A stretch of 64,000 nucleotides of DNA from an uncultured Poribacteria bacterium (GTDB taxonomy: Bacteria; Poribacteria; WGA-4E; WGA-3G): contig OX638351.1 in NCBI GenBank assembly GCA_951813565.1, positions 2,592,001 to 2,656,000 of the forward strand. The letters run 5' to 3'. A program made the translations under genes and the position numbers. Below, piece after piece: positions 1 to 10,342 of this stretch (its first letter is position 1; each line of letters starts with the position of its first letter). The notes beneath the pieces were generated by a model. The model was not told the origin of the DNA. It saw only the letters and a list, made by a program, of their open reading frames with translations, and did no database searches.

Positions 1-155
1 TTAAAGTCTTCAATGGCGCGGTCAATCTCATCTTTATTACCATAAGCGATGCCTCTATAGTTATAACCTTGGGCAAAAGTGGGTCTCCGTTCAATTGCTT
101 TGTTAAAGCGCTCAATGGTGATATCGTAAGGTGTCTGTTCTGCTTGTGTCTGCAT
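1..155 (-). CDS. TPR-repeat protein, N-terminal part (runs off window start)
   Basis: Manual translation from ATG at 155: MQTQAEQTPYDITIERFNKAIERRPTFAQGYNYRGIAYGNKDEIDRAIEDF, a typical TPR (Y-N-RG-AY...AI-DF). Lies directly downstream of the FRG gene. Confidence 0.8.
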   Translation of the reverse strand, partial: MQTQAEQTPYDITIERFNKAIERRPTFAQGYNYRGIAYGNKDEIDRAIEDF

Positions 156-158
156 GCT

Positions 159-920
159 TTATGACTCCCTTTTTTTACTGGGTTGAGAATCCGTAATTTG
201 TAAGACATCTTCTATCGGTTGCGTTTCGCTTATGTAAACTTCTATGCCTTCTTTCAGGTGGGTGTCTTGGTTTCTAATATACCCGTGGAGGTCGTTGTAG
301 ACAGTTTGGATTGAGATACCATGATGTTTTTGCAAATGGACTAATATAGGTTTTTTAAGCAATCCAGGAATATCAATTACAGTATATTGTTTTCGTTCAA
401 GAAAACCCATCGGAGGTCGAACGAAGACACTTTTTTGCGCTATGATACGATTTTGAGGATTCTGAGGTCTTTTTATTTGATATTTTTTGTCTATATCTTC
501 CGTTCTTTCTAACAAGATCATCCTGCCTGGCTTGTCAAGGGAACTCTCACATGCGAAGAATAAGGCAACGTGGCTATCAGTCGTAAAATCTATAAGATTG
601 GTATAACCACCGAAGTGTTGAAGTTCGGTTAAAATTTCAAAAGTGTCTTCTTCGTGAGTATAGTCTTTAGCCACTTTTAACATCTGCTCTTGTATGACTT
701 CAATATTGAAGTCCTCTGATCCGATTTCTTCTGTGCATTCACGCCACAGACTTGAAGATACTTTCTCATAGTGTTCGGGTTCGCCTCGATAGATGAAGTC
801 ACCACCAATTGATTCTTCAGCTATCTCTTGGATTATTTCAAAAACATCACTTATACCAAATTCATTTGATTCATCGTCTTTACATACCGCTCCGCTGGAG
901 CGGAAGACAGAAAACTTCAC
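159..920 (-). CDS. FRG domain protein (start uncertain)
   Basis: Motifs YRGE, SSLWR, LQHFGGYTNLIDFT, ALFFAC, RIIAQKSVF. Confidence 0.85.
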   Translation of the reverse strand: MKFSVFRSSGAVCKDDESNEFGISDVFEIIQEIAEESIGGDFIYRGEPEHYEKVSSSLWRECTEEIGSEDFNIEVIQEQMLKVAKDYTHEEDTFEILTELQHFGGYTNLIDFTTDSHVALFFACESSLDKPGRMILLERTEDIDKKYQIKRPQNPQNRIIAQKSVFVRPPMGFLERKQYTVIDIPGLLKKPILVHLQKHHGISIQTVYNDLHGYIRNQDTHLKEGIEVYISETQPIEDVLQITDSQPSKKRES

Positions 921-955
921 GTGCTATAAACATACCGCTCCGCTGGAGCGGAAGA
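882..955. repeat. Two tandem REP-like palindromes ACATACCGCTCCGCTGGAGCGGAAGA
   Basis: Copies at 882-907 and 930-955 (48 bp period). The same family occurs four times within 11520-11690. Confidence 0.85.
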
Positions 956-1390
956 GTAGAAAAAACACTGGAAAAACAAGACGAATTCCGTTAATTTGGT
1001 ATTAGACTATTTGGAAACTCCAATTCGTTTGGTGTATTCATTCTGTTTTCCACAATGAAATTCTTCAAGAATTACGTCGTATTATGAGTATACCAGGAGA
1101 CAATTTCATTTTCAAGAAAATTGGTATTGACTGTGTGTTAAGGTAAGGGTTAGTCTTGTGTTTGATTCATTTCAGAATGGCAGTTTTGATTATATCTCGA
1201 ATTTTCACAGGGACACAGATGGGAAAACCTCAAAATTCGAGATGCTGCCAAGAGGAATTTCGTAAAACTCACATAATTCGAGATTCTGAAAATATGCCGA
1301 ACCCACTATCGCTAGAATCGCGAATGATCATGGATATTCTCCACGACCATTCTGCGATTCTGACATTCTTTACAGTGTATGAGGTGAGCG

Positions 1391-2428
1391 TTACTCCACA
1401 ACCCACGTATTGCCAGCATTGAGGAGTGCTTCAAGGTCACCTTCACCTCGCTGTTGTTTTGCAGAGGTTATCTGGTCAGCCATCATATCCTCGTAGCAGG
1501 TATGCTGAACGCTTCGGAAGATACCGATAGGGTGGGGCATTTCAGGCATATCACTCATACGGGCAAGGAAGTTCGCTAAGGTAGTATTCTCGGCATATTG
1601 ATCATGCACGATAAGATCATCTGTGCCGTTTGTCACTGTGGTGACTTCGGGTTGGAATCCGTTCAAACGAATCCCTTTTTCGCGTTCTTTGCCAAAGAGA
1701 AGAGGTTCGCCATGTTGAAGAGAGACGGTGTTATCGGCTTTGGTCTCTTTTTCTGTGTATAGAAAAAAAGCTTCATCATTGAACTCGTTACAGTTTTGAT
1801 AGATTTCAATAAAAGAAGTGCCTTTATGTTCAAACGCAGCTTTAATAATGGATCGTAAGTGTTCGGGGTCTCTGTCAAGTGATCGTGCCGCAAAGGTCGA
1901 ACCCGCAGCCAGAGCAAGACTAATCGGATTAAAAGGAGACTCAAGCGAACCGAACGGACTTGATTTCGTGTCTTTTCCCTGCTCCGAAGTGGGTGAATAT
2001 TGCCCTTTGGTAAGTCCGTAGATACGATTGTTAAAGAGCAAAACGTTGATGTCAAAATTACGGCGCAGGAGATGGATGAAATGGTTTCCACCAATGGACA
2101 GCGCGTCTCCATCGCCGGTGATAACCCAAACAGAGAGATCAGGATTTGCCATTTTCACTCCAGATGCGATAGTCGGCGCTCTACCGTGAATCGTATGAAA
2201 CCCGTAGGTATTCATATAGTAAGGAAAACGACTTGAACACCCAATTCCAGAGATAAAGACGATATTCTCTCTGGGGACACCCAATTCAGGCATAATCCGT
2301 CGCGTTTGTGCAAGAATGGAGTAATCACCGCAACCAGGACACCATCGCTCATCTTGATCAGACTTAAAATCTTTAGAAGTAAGAGTAGGCACCCCAAGCG
2401 GAATGCCTGAAGATTTTTTATTTTTCAT
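1391..2428 (-). CDS. korB: 2-oxoacid:ferredoxin oxidoreductase beta subunit
   Basis: WCPGCGD, SGIGCSSR, IHGRA and the ThDP motif GDGD...NN..YGLTKGQ.SPT. Start placed at the ATG at 2428. Confidence 0.92.
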   Translation of the reverse strand: MKNKKSSGIPLGVPTLTSKDFKSDQDERWCPGCGDYSILAQTRRIMPELGVPRENIVFISGIGCSSRFPYYMNTYGFHTIHGRAPTIASGVKMANPDLSVWVITGDGDALSIGGNHFIHLLRRNFDINVLLFNNRIYGLTKGQYSPTSEQGKDTKSSPFGSLESPFNPISLALAAGSTFAARSLDRDPEHLRSIIKAAFEHKGTSFIEIYQNCNEFNDEAFFLYTEKETKADNTVSLQHGEPLLFGKEREKGIRLNGFQPEVTTVTNGTDDLIVHDQYAENTTLANFLARMSDMPEMPHPIGIFRSVQHTCYEDMMADQITSAKQQRGEGDLEALLNAGNTWVVE

Positions 2429-2517
2429 ACGTGTGCCTGCCTTTTTGTACATTATCCGGGATATCTTCGGCGAAGTTTGAAAATTTATTTTTATGTCAAT
2501 CCCGGCATATTTATGTG

Positions 2518-4347
2518 TTAGATGTAATTTTCAATTTTAGATTCCAGTTCAAAAACTTGGAAAGGTTGTCCCTGGACCTTGTTGAATCCGACAGCATCAA
2601 TAAGATATTCACTTCGAATCAATTGACGGAGATGACCGGTATTTAACTCAGGAATTAACACGGTTTTGAATCGGTTGAGGATTTCGCCTAAATCGCTCGG
2701 AAACGGATTGAGGTGACGCAAATGAACATGACCAATTGCGCAACTGTCTTCAAGTTTATTTTCAACCACAGTCCTAATTGTTCCAAAAGTGCCACCCCAT
2801 CCAAGCACAAGCAGGTCACCCTCCTGTGCACCAAAGATTTCCGTGGGAGGAATTTCATCTGCGATACGTTTAACTTTTTCTGCTCTAATACTCACCATTT
2901 TCTGATGATTTTCAGCATCATAACTCACATTCCCTGTTATGTCCGACTTTTCCAAACCACCGATGCGATGCTCAAGTCCGGGGGTACCAGGCTTTGCCCA
3001 GGGTCTTGCGAGCGTATCAATGTCTCTTGTGTAAGGTTCAAAACCATTCACATCGGTTCGGAAATTGGGTTCAATTTTTCGGAGATCCGCAACATCGGGA
3101 ATCTGCCAAGGTTCCGCACCAAGCGCGATATAAAGTTCCGAAAGGAAGATAACAGGAGTTCGATATTTTACTGCGATTCGGCATGCTTCATAAACTGTGT
3201 CAAAACAGTCAGTGGGACGACATGCTGCAAGAATAGGAATAGGGGATTCTCCGTTTCTACCGTAAAACATCTGCAATAGGTCTGCCTGTTCTGTTTTTGT
3301 CGGCATTCCTGTTGAGGGACCAGCTCTTTGGATATTGCAAACAACAAGCGGTAATTCTGTAATCATAGCAAGGTTAATTGCTTCAGATTTGAGGGCAAGC
3401 CCTGGACCACTACTGCCGGTCACACCAAGTGCACCACTAAAAGCGGCACCGATAGCAACCCCAACAGCAGCAATTTCGTCCTCCATCTGCATTGTCACAA
3501 TGCCAAAGTTTCGATAATTTGCTAAACCATGAAGGATATCACTTGCAGGTGTAATCGGATAACTTCCGTAAACCAGCTGTAATCCAGATTGATGTGCAGC
3601 AGCCACAAGCCCCAAAACAGTGGACGTATTACCTGCAATATTACGATATTTTCCAGGGGCAAATTTTGCTGGCTTCACTTCATAGGAAGTCGCAAATTGT
3701 TCTGTTGCTTCGCAATAGGTATTGCCAGCTCGGAGTGCTAAGATATTCGGTTCTATGAATTGCGGATATTTGGCGGCAAACCTGCTCTTAATCCATCTTA
3801 TAGTGTGATCCATCGGGCGGCTGTATAACCATAAGATCATACCAAGTGCAAAAAAGTTTTTACACCGATCCATTTCTTTAGTACCAAGGTCTGTCGATTC
3901 AAGTGTGTTTCGAGTGAGTTTAGTCAAATCAACAGGGAAAACCTGATATTTTGTCAGCGAGTCGTCCTCTAACGGATTTTCAGTATAACCAGCAAGACGT
4001 AAGTTTTTACGTGCAAAATTATCGGAATTGACAATCAATATACCGTTAGCCTTCAATTTATGGAGATTGACTTTTAACGCGGCGGGATTCATCGCTACGA
4101 GGACATCACAAGTATCACCAGGGGTATGTATGGTTTCACTGGAGAAGTGTAATTGGAAGCCTGAGACCCCAGCGAGCGAACCTGCGGGGGCTCTAATTTC
4201 AGCAGGGTAATCGGGCAACGTGGCGACATCGTTCCCGATAATAGCGGAGGTTTCTGTCATCTGCGTTCCGATTGTTTGGGAACCATCGCCAGAGTCCCCT
4301 GCAAACAGAACTGTTGCCGCTTGAATTTGCTCTACTTGCTTACGCAT
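2518..4347 (-). CDS. korA: 2-oxoacid:ferredoxin oxidoreductase alpha subunit (gamma-alpha fusion)
   Basis: AGDSGDG, YPAEIRAP, YPITPAS, EDEIAA, QRAGPSTGMPT. Confidence 0.93.
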   Translation of the reverse strand: MRKQVEQIQAATVLFAGDSGDGSQTIGTQMTETSAIIGNDVATLPDYPAEIRAPAGSLAGVSGFQLHFSSETIHTPGDTCDVLVAMNPAALKVNLHKLKANGILIVNSDNFARKNLRLAGYTENPLEDDSLTKYQVFPVDLTKLTRNTLESTDLGTKEMDRCKNFFALGMILWLYSRPMDHTIRWIKSRFAAKYPQFIEPNILALRAGNTYCEATEQFATSYEVKPAKFAPGKYRNIAGNTSTVLGLVAAAHQSGLQLVYGSYPITPASDILHGLANYRNFGIVTMQMEDEIAAVGVAIGAAFSGALGVTGSSGPGLALKSEAINLAMITELPLVVCNIQRAGPSTGMPTKTEQADLLQMFYGRNGESPIPILAACRPTDCFDTVYEACRIAVKYRTPVIFLSELYIALGAEPWQIPDVADLRKIEPNFRTDVNGFEPYTRDIDTLARPWAKPGTPGLEHRIGGLEKSDITGNVSYDAENHQKMVSIRAEKVKRIADEIPPTEIFGAQEGDLLVLGWGGTFGTIRTVVENKLEDSCAIGHVHLRHLNPFPSDLGEILNRFKTVLIPELNTGHLRQLIRSEYLIDAVGFNKVQGQPFQVFELESKIENYI

Positions 4348-4421
4348 CAGTGTTTAGCCTTTTTATATGCAATTTATAAGGGTGGTCCACAAAGTCCACC
4401 TGTAAAAGACTTCGTCCATTG

Positions 4422-4961
4422 TCATGCTCCTTCTCGTGCTTTCAAAGCATCACGCACCGGATTGGAGGGCAGTGTTAATACCTCCTGTGGAAAATACTCA
4501 ACGAGATAAGAGATAACATCGCGAATTGATACCATGCCGATAGGGTGTTGGTGTTCATTAACAATCGGCAAGTGTCGAAAACCGCCTCGTGCCATATACA
4601 ACACAGCTGTATCCAACATATCTTCTGGGTTTGCTGTTTGCGGATCCGCCTTCATGAATTGCGTAACAGGAATTTGCGTTAGATCACCTATCTGTTTGTT
4701 TAAAACTTTTCGCAATACGTCGCGTTCACCAAAAATACCACGAAGAACACCATCTTCCACAACGGATGCAGCGCCAATATGGTGTTCAATTAGCAAATCA
4801 ATTGCGTCCTGCATGCTTGTAGTAATGTCAATCGTCACACAAGACCGCATCAAGTGTCGGAGTGGCACCTGAATCTCACTTACTTTTAACGCTTTAAGAG
4901 GCGCCTCCGCATCTTTATCCATCTGTGCTAATTCTTCATCAATTGCATGGTCATAAAGCAT
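4422..4961 (-). CDS. CBS domain pair protein
   Basis: Two CBS repeats (GIFGERDV; FRHLPIV...GMVSIRD). Confidence 0.88.
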   Translation of the reverse strand: MLYDHAIDEELAQMDKDAEAPLKALKVSEIQVPLRHLMRSCVTIDITTSMQDAIDLLIEHHIGAASVVEDGVLRGIFGERDVLRKVLNKQIGDLTQIPVTQFMKADPQTANPEDMLDTAVLYMARGGFRHLPIVNEHQHPIGMVSIRDVISYLVEYFPQEVLTLPSNPVRDALKAREGA

Positions 4962-4963
4962 AG

Positions 4964-5401
4964 TTATGCGCCTCCTTCCTGATTCTCAATAAATATAGCG
5001 ACGTGGTCTAAAATATCCCGTGTTGAAATCAATCCAACTGGAAATTCTTGATTTTGGTCATCCCAAATACAAAGGGGGACATGCCTGAAATGTCCGAGAT
5101 GCATTAGATTTAAAGCAAAGGCAATCGGGTCGCTGGCACGTAACGATTCGGGGTTTGCTGTCATGATTTCTTCAACCTTGACACCTGCAGGTTCTAACCG
5201 TTTACCACACACATGAACGAGCAGGTCACGATCAGTGAGAATCCCGACAAGTCGTTGTTCCGCATCAACAACAAGGATGCATCCGAATCCCTGTACTTGC
5301 ATGATGTCAATGGCATCTGATACTGGAGAACCAACTTGGACGGTGGCAGGTTGCTTGTAACCAAGCGTGCTAATCGGTAACGATAATGTTCTCGCGTCCA
5401 T
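4964..5401 (-). CDS. CBS domain pair protein
   Basis: GILTDRD; FRHVP...GLISTRD. Confidence 0.88.
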   Translation of the reverse strand: MDARTLSLPISTLGYKQPATVQVGSPVSDAIDIMQVQGFGCILVVDAEQRLVGILTDRDLLVHVCGKRLEPAGVKVEEIMTANPESLRASDPIAFALNLMHLGHFRHVPLCIWDDQNQEFPVGLISTRDILDHVAIFIENQEGGA

Positions 5402-5540
5402 CGTATAGACTCCTTGATGTTAACGTCAAAAAATAGGGTTGGGTTTCCTACTGTCCCTTATTTAAAGGATACTATATTTACTACGAATTTGCAAGAATAT
5501 TTTGGTGCAGCACTATTGGGTGTAAAACTGCAAATACAGA

Positions 5541-6488
5541 TTAATTTTTTAACACTGTCGTAACTGCACGCGAAGAAGGAGACCCCCACCCTGGAACAAC
5601 CATACTCCATCTTCCTGCCGGCCCGCCAGCCACCATCAGAAGCAGGTCATCTTCCGAATATCGCTTTGTTGTCTCAGCGATGTAGCGTCGCACCTCTTCT
5701 TTGCTAAAGCCGTTTGCTGAAATCGTTTTCGCGTGTTCAATTCCGATAACGATAAGTGTTTCACCGCTGCTGTTGCCGGGAGCAGAAATGTTCTGACAGA
5801 TCGTATTGAGAATTCCTTCCGCTGTGTTACTGCCGTGATCGTTTATACTCTGCGGGCCTGCACCTGCAAAAACGGTCACAGTGCTCTCATCTGCCTCAAA
5901 ACCACGCTCAACATGGAATGGATTCCATGGGTTTTCCTCTTCTTTTTCAGCTATACAGCAGGTATATTTGCCAACATGTCCAAAGGCAGCGCGGTCTAAT
6001 TCTCCGGGTAGTGCCCCACCAATGTTTGTACAGATGAGACGGACTGCTCTGCCGATAGTTGCGTTTGCACGCCATCCCTGCCCGAAAAGATTGAAGCCAT
6101 CATTAATGTCTAATGCTTTCCTGACAGGACCGTTTACTACCAACATAGGAGCAACATGCGATGTCGTAACCTGTACGCCGTGTAGATTAAATTCCTCGGA
6201 GGCCATCGCTTCTACAGCAGCCAGAACAACCGGTAGATACGTTGGTAGACAACCTGCCATAACTGCGTTAATTGCTATTCTTTCAATCGTCGCCCTGCCC
6301 CATTTTGGTGGGACCGATGTGATTAATTCCTCTGGTGAGCGCTCAGTACCACCAAGCATTCTCTCAACACGTTCAGGTGTTGGTGGAACAACGGGAAGAC
6401 CATCAGTCCATTCGTTTTCATAGCAAGCCTCAATTGGGTCAACCTTCTCGTCAATAGAAACCTGCCTGGCGTGCCATTCTTGTGCCAT
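5541..6488 (-). CDS. Conserved hypothetical protein (WTDGLPVVPPT family)
   Basis: 315 aa ORF with RBS AGGAGG. Motifs WTDGLPVVPPT, AINAVMAGC, RANATIGRA. Confidence 0.75.
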   Translation of the reverse strand: MAQEWHARQVSIDEKVDPIEACYENEWTDGLPVVPPTPERVERMLGGTERSPEELITSVPPKWGRATIERIAINAVMAGCLPTYLPVVLAAVEAMASEEFNLHGVQVTTSHVAPMLVVNGPVRKALDINDGFNLFGQGWRANATIGRAVRLICTNIGGALPGELDRAAFGHVGKYTCCIAEKEEENPWNPFHVERGFEADESTVTVFAGAGPQSINDHGSNTAEGILNTICQNISAPGNSSGETLIVIGIEHAKTISANGFSKEEVRRYIAETTKRYSEDDLLLMVAGGPAGRWSMVVPGWGSPSSRAVTTVLKN

Positions 6489-6681
6489 GTCTGCCTCCTT
6501 GCAGATGAGATTGATATGTTCTCTTGGAACATGTTATTATGTTAGCATAGACTTTATGGTTTGGCAAGAGACAATCTGCCACAGAACAACGCGTAGATAA
6601 GGTTTACTGTTGATTAAAAGCCATTCTGTAATAACAACTAATATCCAATTGAATCGAAATCGCATCGTTGATTGGAAAAAT

Positions 6682-7554
6682 ATGTCAGAACAAAGCAATA
6701 CATCGCTACAAAATAATAGCGAATCTACATTAGCAACGACACCTCTTAAACCGATGGGATTTGGGGAAATTCTGGACACAACATTTAGTCTCTATCGGAA
6801 ACATCTTACGCTATTTTTGGGACTTGTCGCATTTTCGGTCTTTGGGGAGCTCGCAGTACATCTTTTTACGGATTTTTCTGATTTCTTCTTTTCCCGTTAT
6901 CTTCTATTGGGAATAGGAATGGTCATATTTTCAGTCACTTTCTCCATAATAGGTATAGGTGGAATAGTAATTGGAACTGGTGCAACTTATCTGAATGAGG
7001 ATATAACAATCCGTTCAGTCTTGCAGCAAACAATTCAAAGGTTTTGGCAATTGCTGGGTTGTTTTTTCGTTTGGTCGTTAGTTGTAGGTAGTTTAGCAGT
7101 TACGATCATCGGTATACCGTTTGCAATCTTTTTTGCTGTCCGATGGGGATTTTTCATTGGAACAGTGATGTTGGAAAAGCCTGTGGTTAGCACACCTTTT
7201 AGGCGGAGTGGTCAACTTGTTAGTGAGATGTGGTGGCAGATGTTTGGAATGTTACTTGCGATCTTTTTGTTTAGCACACTTGTTCACGCAATATTTGAAA
7301 TTTCTATCGGATTCATCCTTATTTTATCAAACCTTGGTGGTGAAATCGACTTCATTGATATTCTTGAATGGGGGCTTTTCGGAGAATCTTTTGAGAACAA
7401 CACATCACTTTTTTACGCGATTTCGCTCGTTATACATCTACTTGTCTATGTAATATCGTTTCCAATTTGGATCATCGGTATCACCCTTCTTTACTATAAC
7501 CAACGTATTCGTAAAGAGGGTTTTGATATTGAAATGCAGGCACGGGATACCTAA
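6682..7554 (+). CDS. Integral membrane protein (GDPD-membrane-domain-like)
   Basis: LKPMGFGEILD N-terminal motif, several hydrophobic segments, C-terminal LLYYNQRIRKEGFD. Confidence 0.75.
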   Translation: MSEQSNTSLQNNSESTLATTPLKPMGFGEILDTTFSLYRKHLTLFLGLVAFSVFGELAVHLFTDFSDFFFSRYLLLGIGMVIFSVTFSIIGIGGIVIGTGATYLNEDITIRSVLQQTIQRFWQLLGCFFVWSLVVGSLAVTIIGIPFAIFFAVRWGFFIGTVMLEKPVVSTPFRRSGQLVSEMWWQMFGMLLAIFLFSTLVHAIFEISIGFILILSNLGGEIDFIDILEWGLFGESFENNTSLFYAISLVIHLLVYVISFPIWIIGITLLYYNQRIRKEGFDIEMQARDT

Positions 7555-7747
7555 TACTGTTGAACGTATTGTGTTTGATTCGTTGGCAACATTTTACACA
7601 TAAACACATTTGAAATTCCATAGACGTAAATAACAGACATTACACTGCTAAGCCTAAAAGAATCAAGAAAATAGAGATACGATTCTGTAAACATTACACG
7701 AAAAACTAAGTTAAAACATAAATTCTAAAGATTCATAGGAGAAAAAA

Positions 7748-8710
7748 TTGAGATATGTTACGTTTCACGGAATTATCGCTGCCAGAAAAGTAGTGTCCCG
7801 TTTCTTAAAATCAACACCTTTAACTCACTACCCTGAATTATCAGAAAAACTCGGATTTCAGGCAAACATAAAACATGAAAACCATCTGCCGACAGGCAGC
7901 TTTAAGGTGCGCGGCGGCATTAATTTCATGTCTAATTTACCCACAGAACAGAAAAAACAGGGTGTCGTTACGGCAACACGTGGCAACCACGGACAATCTA
8001 TTGCTTATGCTGCGGCACAGTTCGGCGTAAAAGCGACTATCGTGGTACCGCACGGGAATAACCGAGAGAAAAACAGCGCGATGCATGCATTTGGCGCTGA
8101 ACTGATTGAACACGGTAATGATTTTGATGAAGCACGCGAATTGTGTGACACGCTTCAAGCAGAACGCGGTCTCTATTACGTTCATCCGTGTATGGAACCA
8201 GCGCTCATCCACGGCGTCGGCACCTATTCGCTTGAGATATTTGAAAGTCTTCCTGATGTACACACAATTATTGTGCCGATTGGGGGCGGTAGCGGTGTTT
8301 GCGGCGCGATCACCGTTGCTAAGGCAATTAATCCGAATGTAAAGATCATCGGAGTGCAAGCGGAAAACGCTCCAGCCATATACCGTTCATGGAAAGCAGG
8401 AGAGCATATAGAGACTGATTCTTGCAATACAATCGCAGATGGTTTGGCGACGCGTGTCCCGTTCAAACTTCCATTTTCTATCATTAAAGAAGGTATTCAC
8501 GATATTGTTACGGTCAGCGAGGAAGAAATAAGAGCGGGGATCCGATCAGCGTTGCGACATACGCACAATTTAGCCGAAGGAGCAGGTGTAGCAGCACTCG
8601 CAGCTGCGAAGAAACTTAAGGATAAGTTGGCAGGACAGAATGTTGCTATGATTATGAGTGGTGGGAACTTGGATATGGATACACTCAAAGAAGTATTAAC
8701 CGATTCCTAA
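7748..8710 (+). CDS. PLP-dependent threonine/serine dehydratase family protein
   Basis: KHEN..PTGSFKVRGG, TRGNHG, PIGGGSG, SGGN. Confidence 0.9.
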   Translation: MRYVTFHGIIAARKVVSRFLKSTPLTHYPELSEKLGFQANIKHENHLPTGSFKVRGGINFMSNLPTEQKKQGVVTATRGNHGQSIAYAAAQFGVKATIVVPHGNNREKNSAMHAFGAELIEHGNDFDEARELCDTLQAERGLYYVHPCMEPALIHGVGTYSLEIFESLPDVHTIIVPIGGGSGVCGAITVAKAINPNVKIIGVQAENAPAIYRSWKAGEHIETDSCNTIADGLATRVPFKLPFSIIKEGIHDIVTVSEEEIRAGIRSALRHTHNLAEGAGVAALAAAKKLKDKLAGQNVAMIMSGGNLDMDTLKEVLTDS

Positions 8711-9429
8711 TCGTACCAATTATGAATCACGTAAACGGGGGCGGAGTTTTCAGTCAGTTGAATCTCCGCCCATTCTACACCCTCTACAAATTCGTTTCGG
8801 AGCGCATTTGTTAAGTCAGGATCAATATGTAAAGATGTCAAGTCCCAACGCAAATTTTGACTGCTTTCTACAACGACATCGGCTTCCTCTGCGAAGAGCG
8901 AAACACGCTGCAAACCGCTGTTTTTCCGTTTTAACCGCAATTCTGATAACACATAGTGAATAGTTTGCTGTGGATCACGCATTTCGGCTTTGAAGTCGGC
9001 AAGTTTATAATTAGTGAGGTAATGCCCAAAACGCATTAGTTTCAGGTTTCCAAGAAAATGATCTGTCTCATACTCTTCAGGACGAGGCAAACCACCGTAA
9101 AGAATAATATGTTGAGAGTTATACATATCCAGCGCGTACTTAACTGCTAACTGTCCATCGGTATAATCCTTATCCGTTTGTCCTACCCACTTTTTAACGG
9201 TCTGCTGCGCTTTAGTCACTATGTCGTTTATGGAATCAAGGTCACCGATTAGAATATCCGGTAAGAGGTGGATGTCATCTATTTTATTCAATTCATCAAA
9301 GATGCGTAATCCACCGTCAGCACAAATAATAGTAGCACCATTCCCAATTCCTGTCTCAATCTCCTGTTGATAAAAATCGAGATTTCTAAAATCGTAGTAA
9401 CCGTTAAGAAAAATAAGTGCAGGTTTCAT
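8707..9429 (-). CDS. Thiamine pyrophosphokinase-like protein
   Basis: ICADGG, IGDLDS, DKDYTD and DH..GN motifs of the ThiN/TPK family. Confidence 0.8.
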   Translation of the reverse strand: MKPALIFLNGYYDFRNLDFYQQEIETGIGNGATIICADGGLRIFDELNKIDDIHLLPDILIGDLDSINDIVTKAQQTVKKWVGQTDKDYTDGQLAVKYALDMYNSQHIILYGGLPRPEEYETDHFLGNLKLMRFGHYLTNYKLADFKAEMRDPQQTIHYVLSELRLKRKNSGLQRVSLFAEEADVVVESSQNLRWDLTSLHIDPDLTNALRNEFVEGVEWAEIQLTENSAPVYVIHNWYD

Positions 9430-9430
9430 C

Positions 9431-10342
9431 TCATTTTATTACCAAATTGTATGACGGCATCAAATGTGTAGGGTGATAGGCAAGTTTCACCCGTTTCAGA
9501 TTCTCTAATCCAGAATCATCCATTGCGTTTATCCACTTGTAAGTGCCCATCAATTCTTTGCAAAATTCCCTATAGATAAACTGCGCGAGTCCCTTTATGT
9601 TGAGATCTGAAATTTCAAACAGCACACAGAACGTCTCACTGTTCAATTCATATCCGAAGGTATACGCTCGTAACTCACCATCAATGCGAACAACCCTGCC
9701 AACCAGTCCCAATTCCTTTGCATGTGTTATCCCAATCCGATGTGCAGATTGCGAATCGTCAAGCATTGCTTGATAGATTGGGTCATCATATTTTTCTGCG
9801 CGCGACCTTCGCCATGTCTTATAGAGATTCAAACACGCATCCCGATCAGTTGAAAGATACGGTTCACATTTTACCAACGGATATCGTGATACAAAAGCAT
9901 TGTAAGCATTCCGTTGTTGTTTGTAGCGATCTCCTCGTAACTCACTTAAATCTTCTGCTCTATAGACATATTCAGTTTCTTTTTGGATAGCGTGAAAACC
10001 TTCATTTTTGAAAACAGGGAGTAGTTCTTCTGGGACATTTTCAATGCGTGCAATCTGAGGATTCCGATTGGATTCCAGCATGAATTGATACGTTTCACAA
10101 ACTGTCTTTAAATAGGAACGGTTGCCGACAGTATAAGGTATCGGTAGAATCGGCATAAAGTAGTCATCTCCTTGCTTGGCAAAGATACAAAAGTGGTCAT
10201 GTAGATGTGTCCAATAGAACTGAAAGTGATTTCGCCACACATAAAGTGATGCGAAGGCATAGTTGGACAGACACATGCAGGTCCTACGTATATATTCGTC
10301 AAAAATCGGTTTATCGTCGAGGGTTAATGGTCGGAGTTGCAT
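9431..10342 (-). CDS. DUF2156 / aminoacyl-phosphatidylglycerol synthase C-terminal-like protein
   Basis: EYVY..EDLSELRG, IN..DDSGLENLKRVKLAYHP. Confidence 0.8.
   Translation of the reverse strand: MQLRPLTLDDKPIFDEYIRRTCMCLSNYAFASLYVWRNHFQFYWTHLHDHFCIFAKQGDDYFMPILPIPYTVGNRSYLKTVCETYQFMLESNRNPQIARIENVPEELLPVFKNEGFHAIQKETEYVYRAEDLSELRGDRYKQQRNAYNAFVSRYPLVKCEPYLSTDRDACLNLYKTWRRSRAEKYDDPIYQAMLDDSQSAHRIGITHAKELGLVGRVVRIDGELRAYTFGYELNSETFCVLFEISDLNIKGLAQFIYREFCKELMGTYKWINAMDDSGLENLKRVKLAYHPTHLMPSYNLVIK

Noticed and set aside
5541..6600. Selenoprotein partner or readthrough upstream of the WTDGLP-family gene
   Set aside because: No in-frame TGA-containing partner ORF was found by eye.
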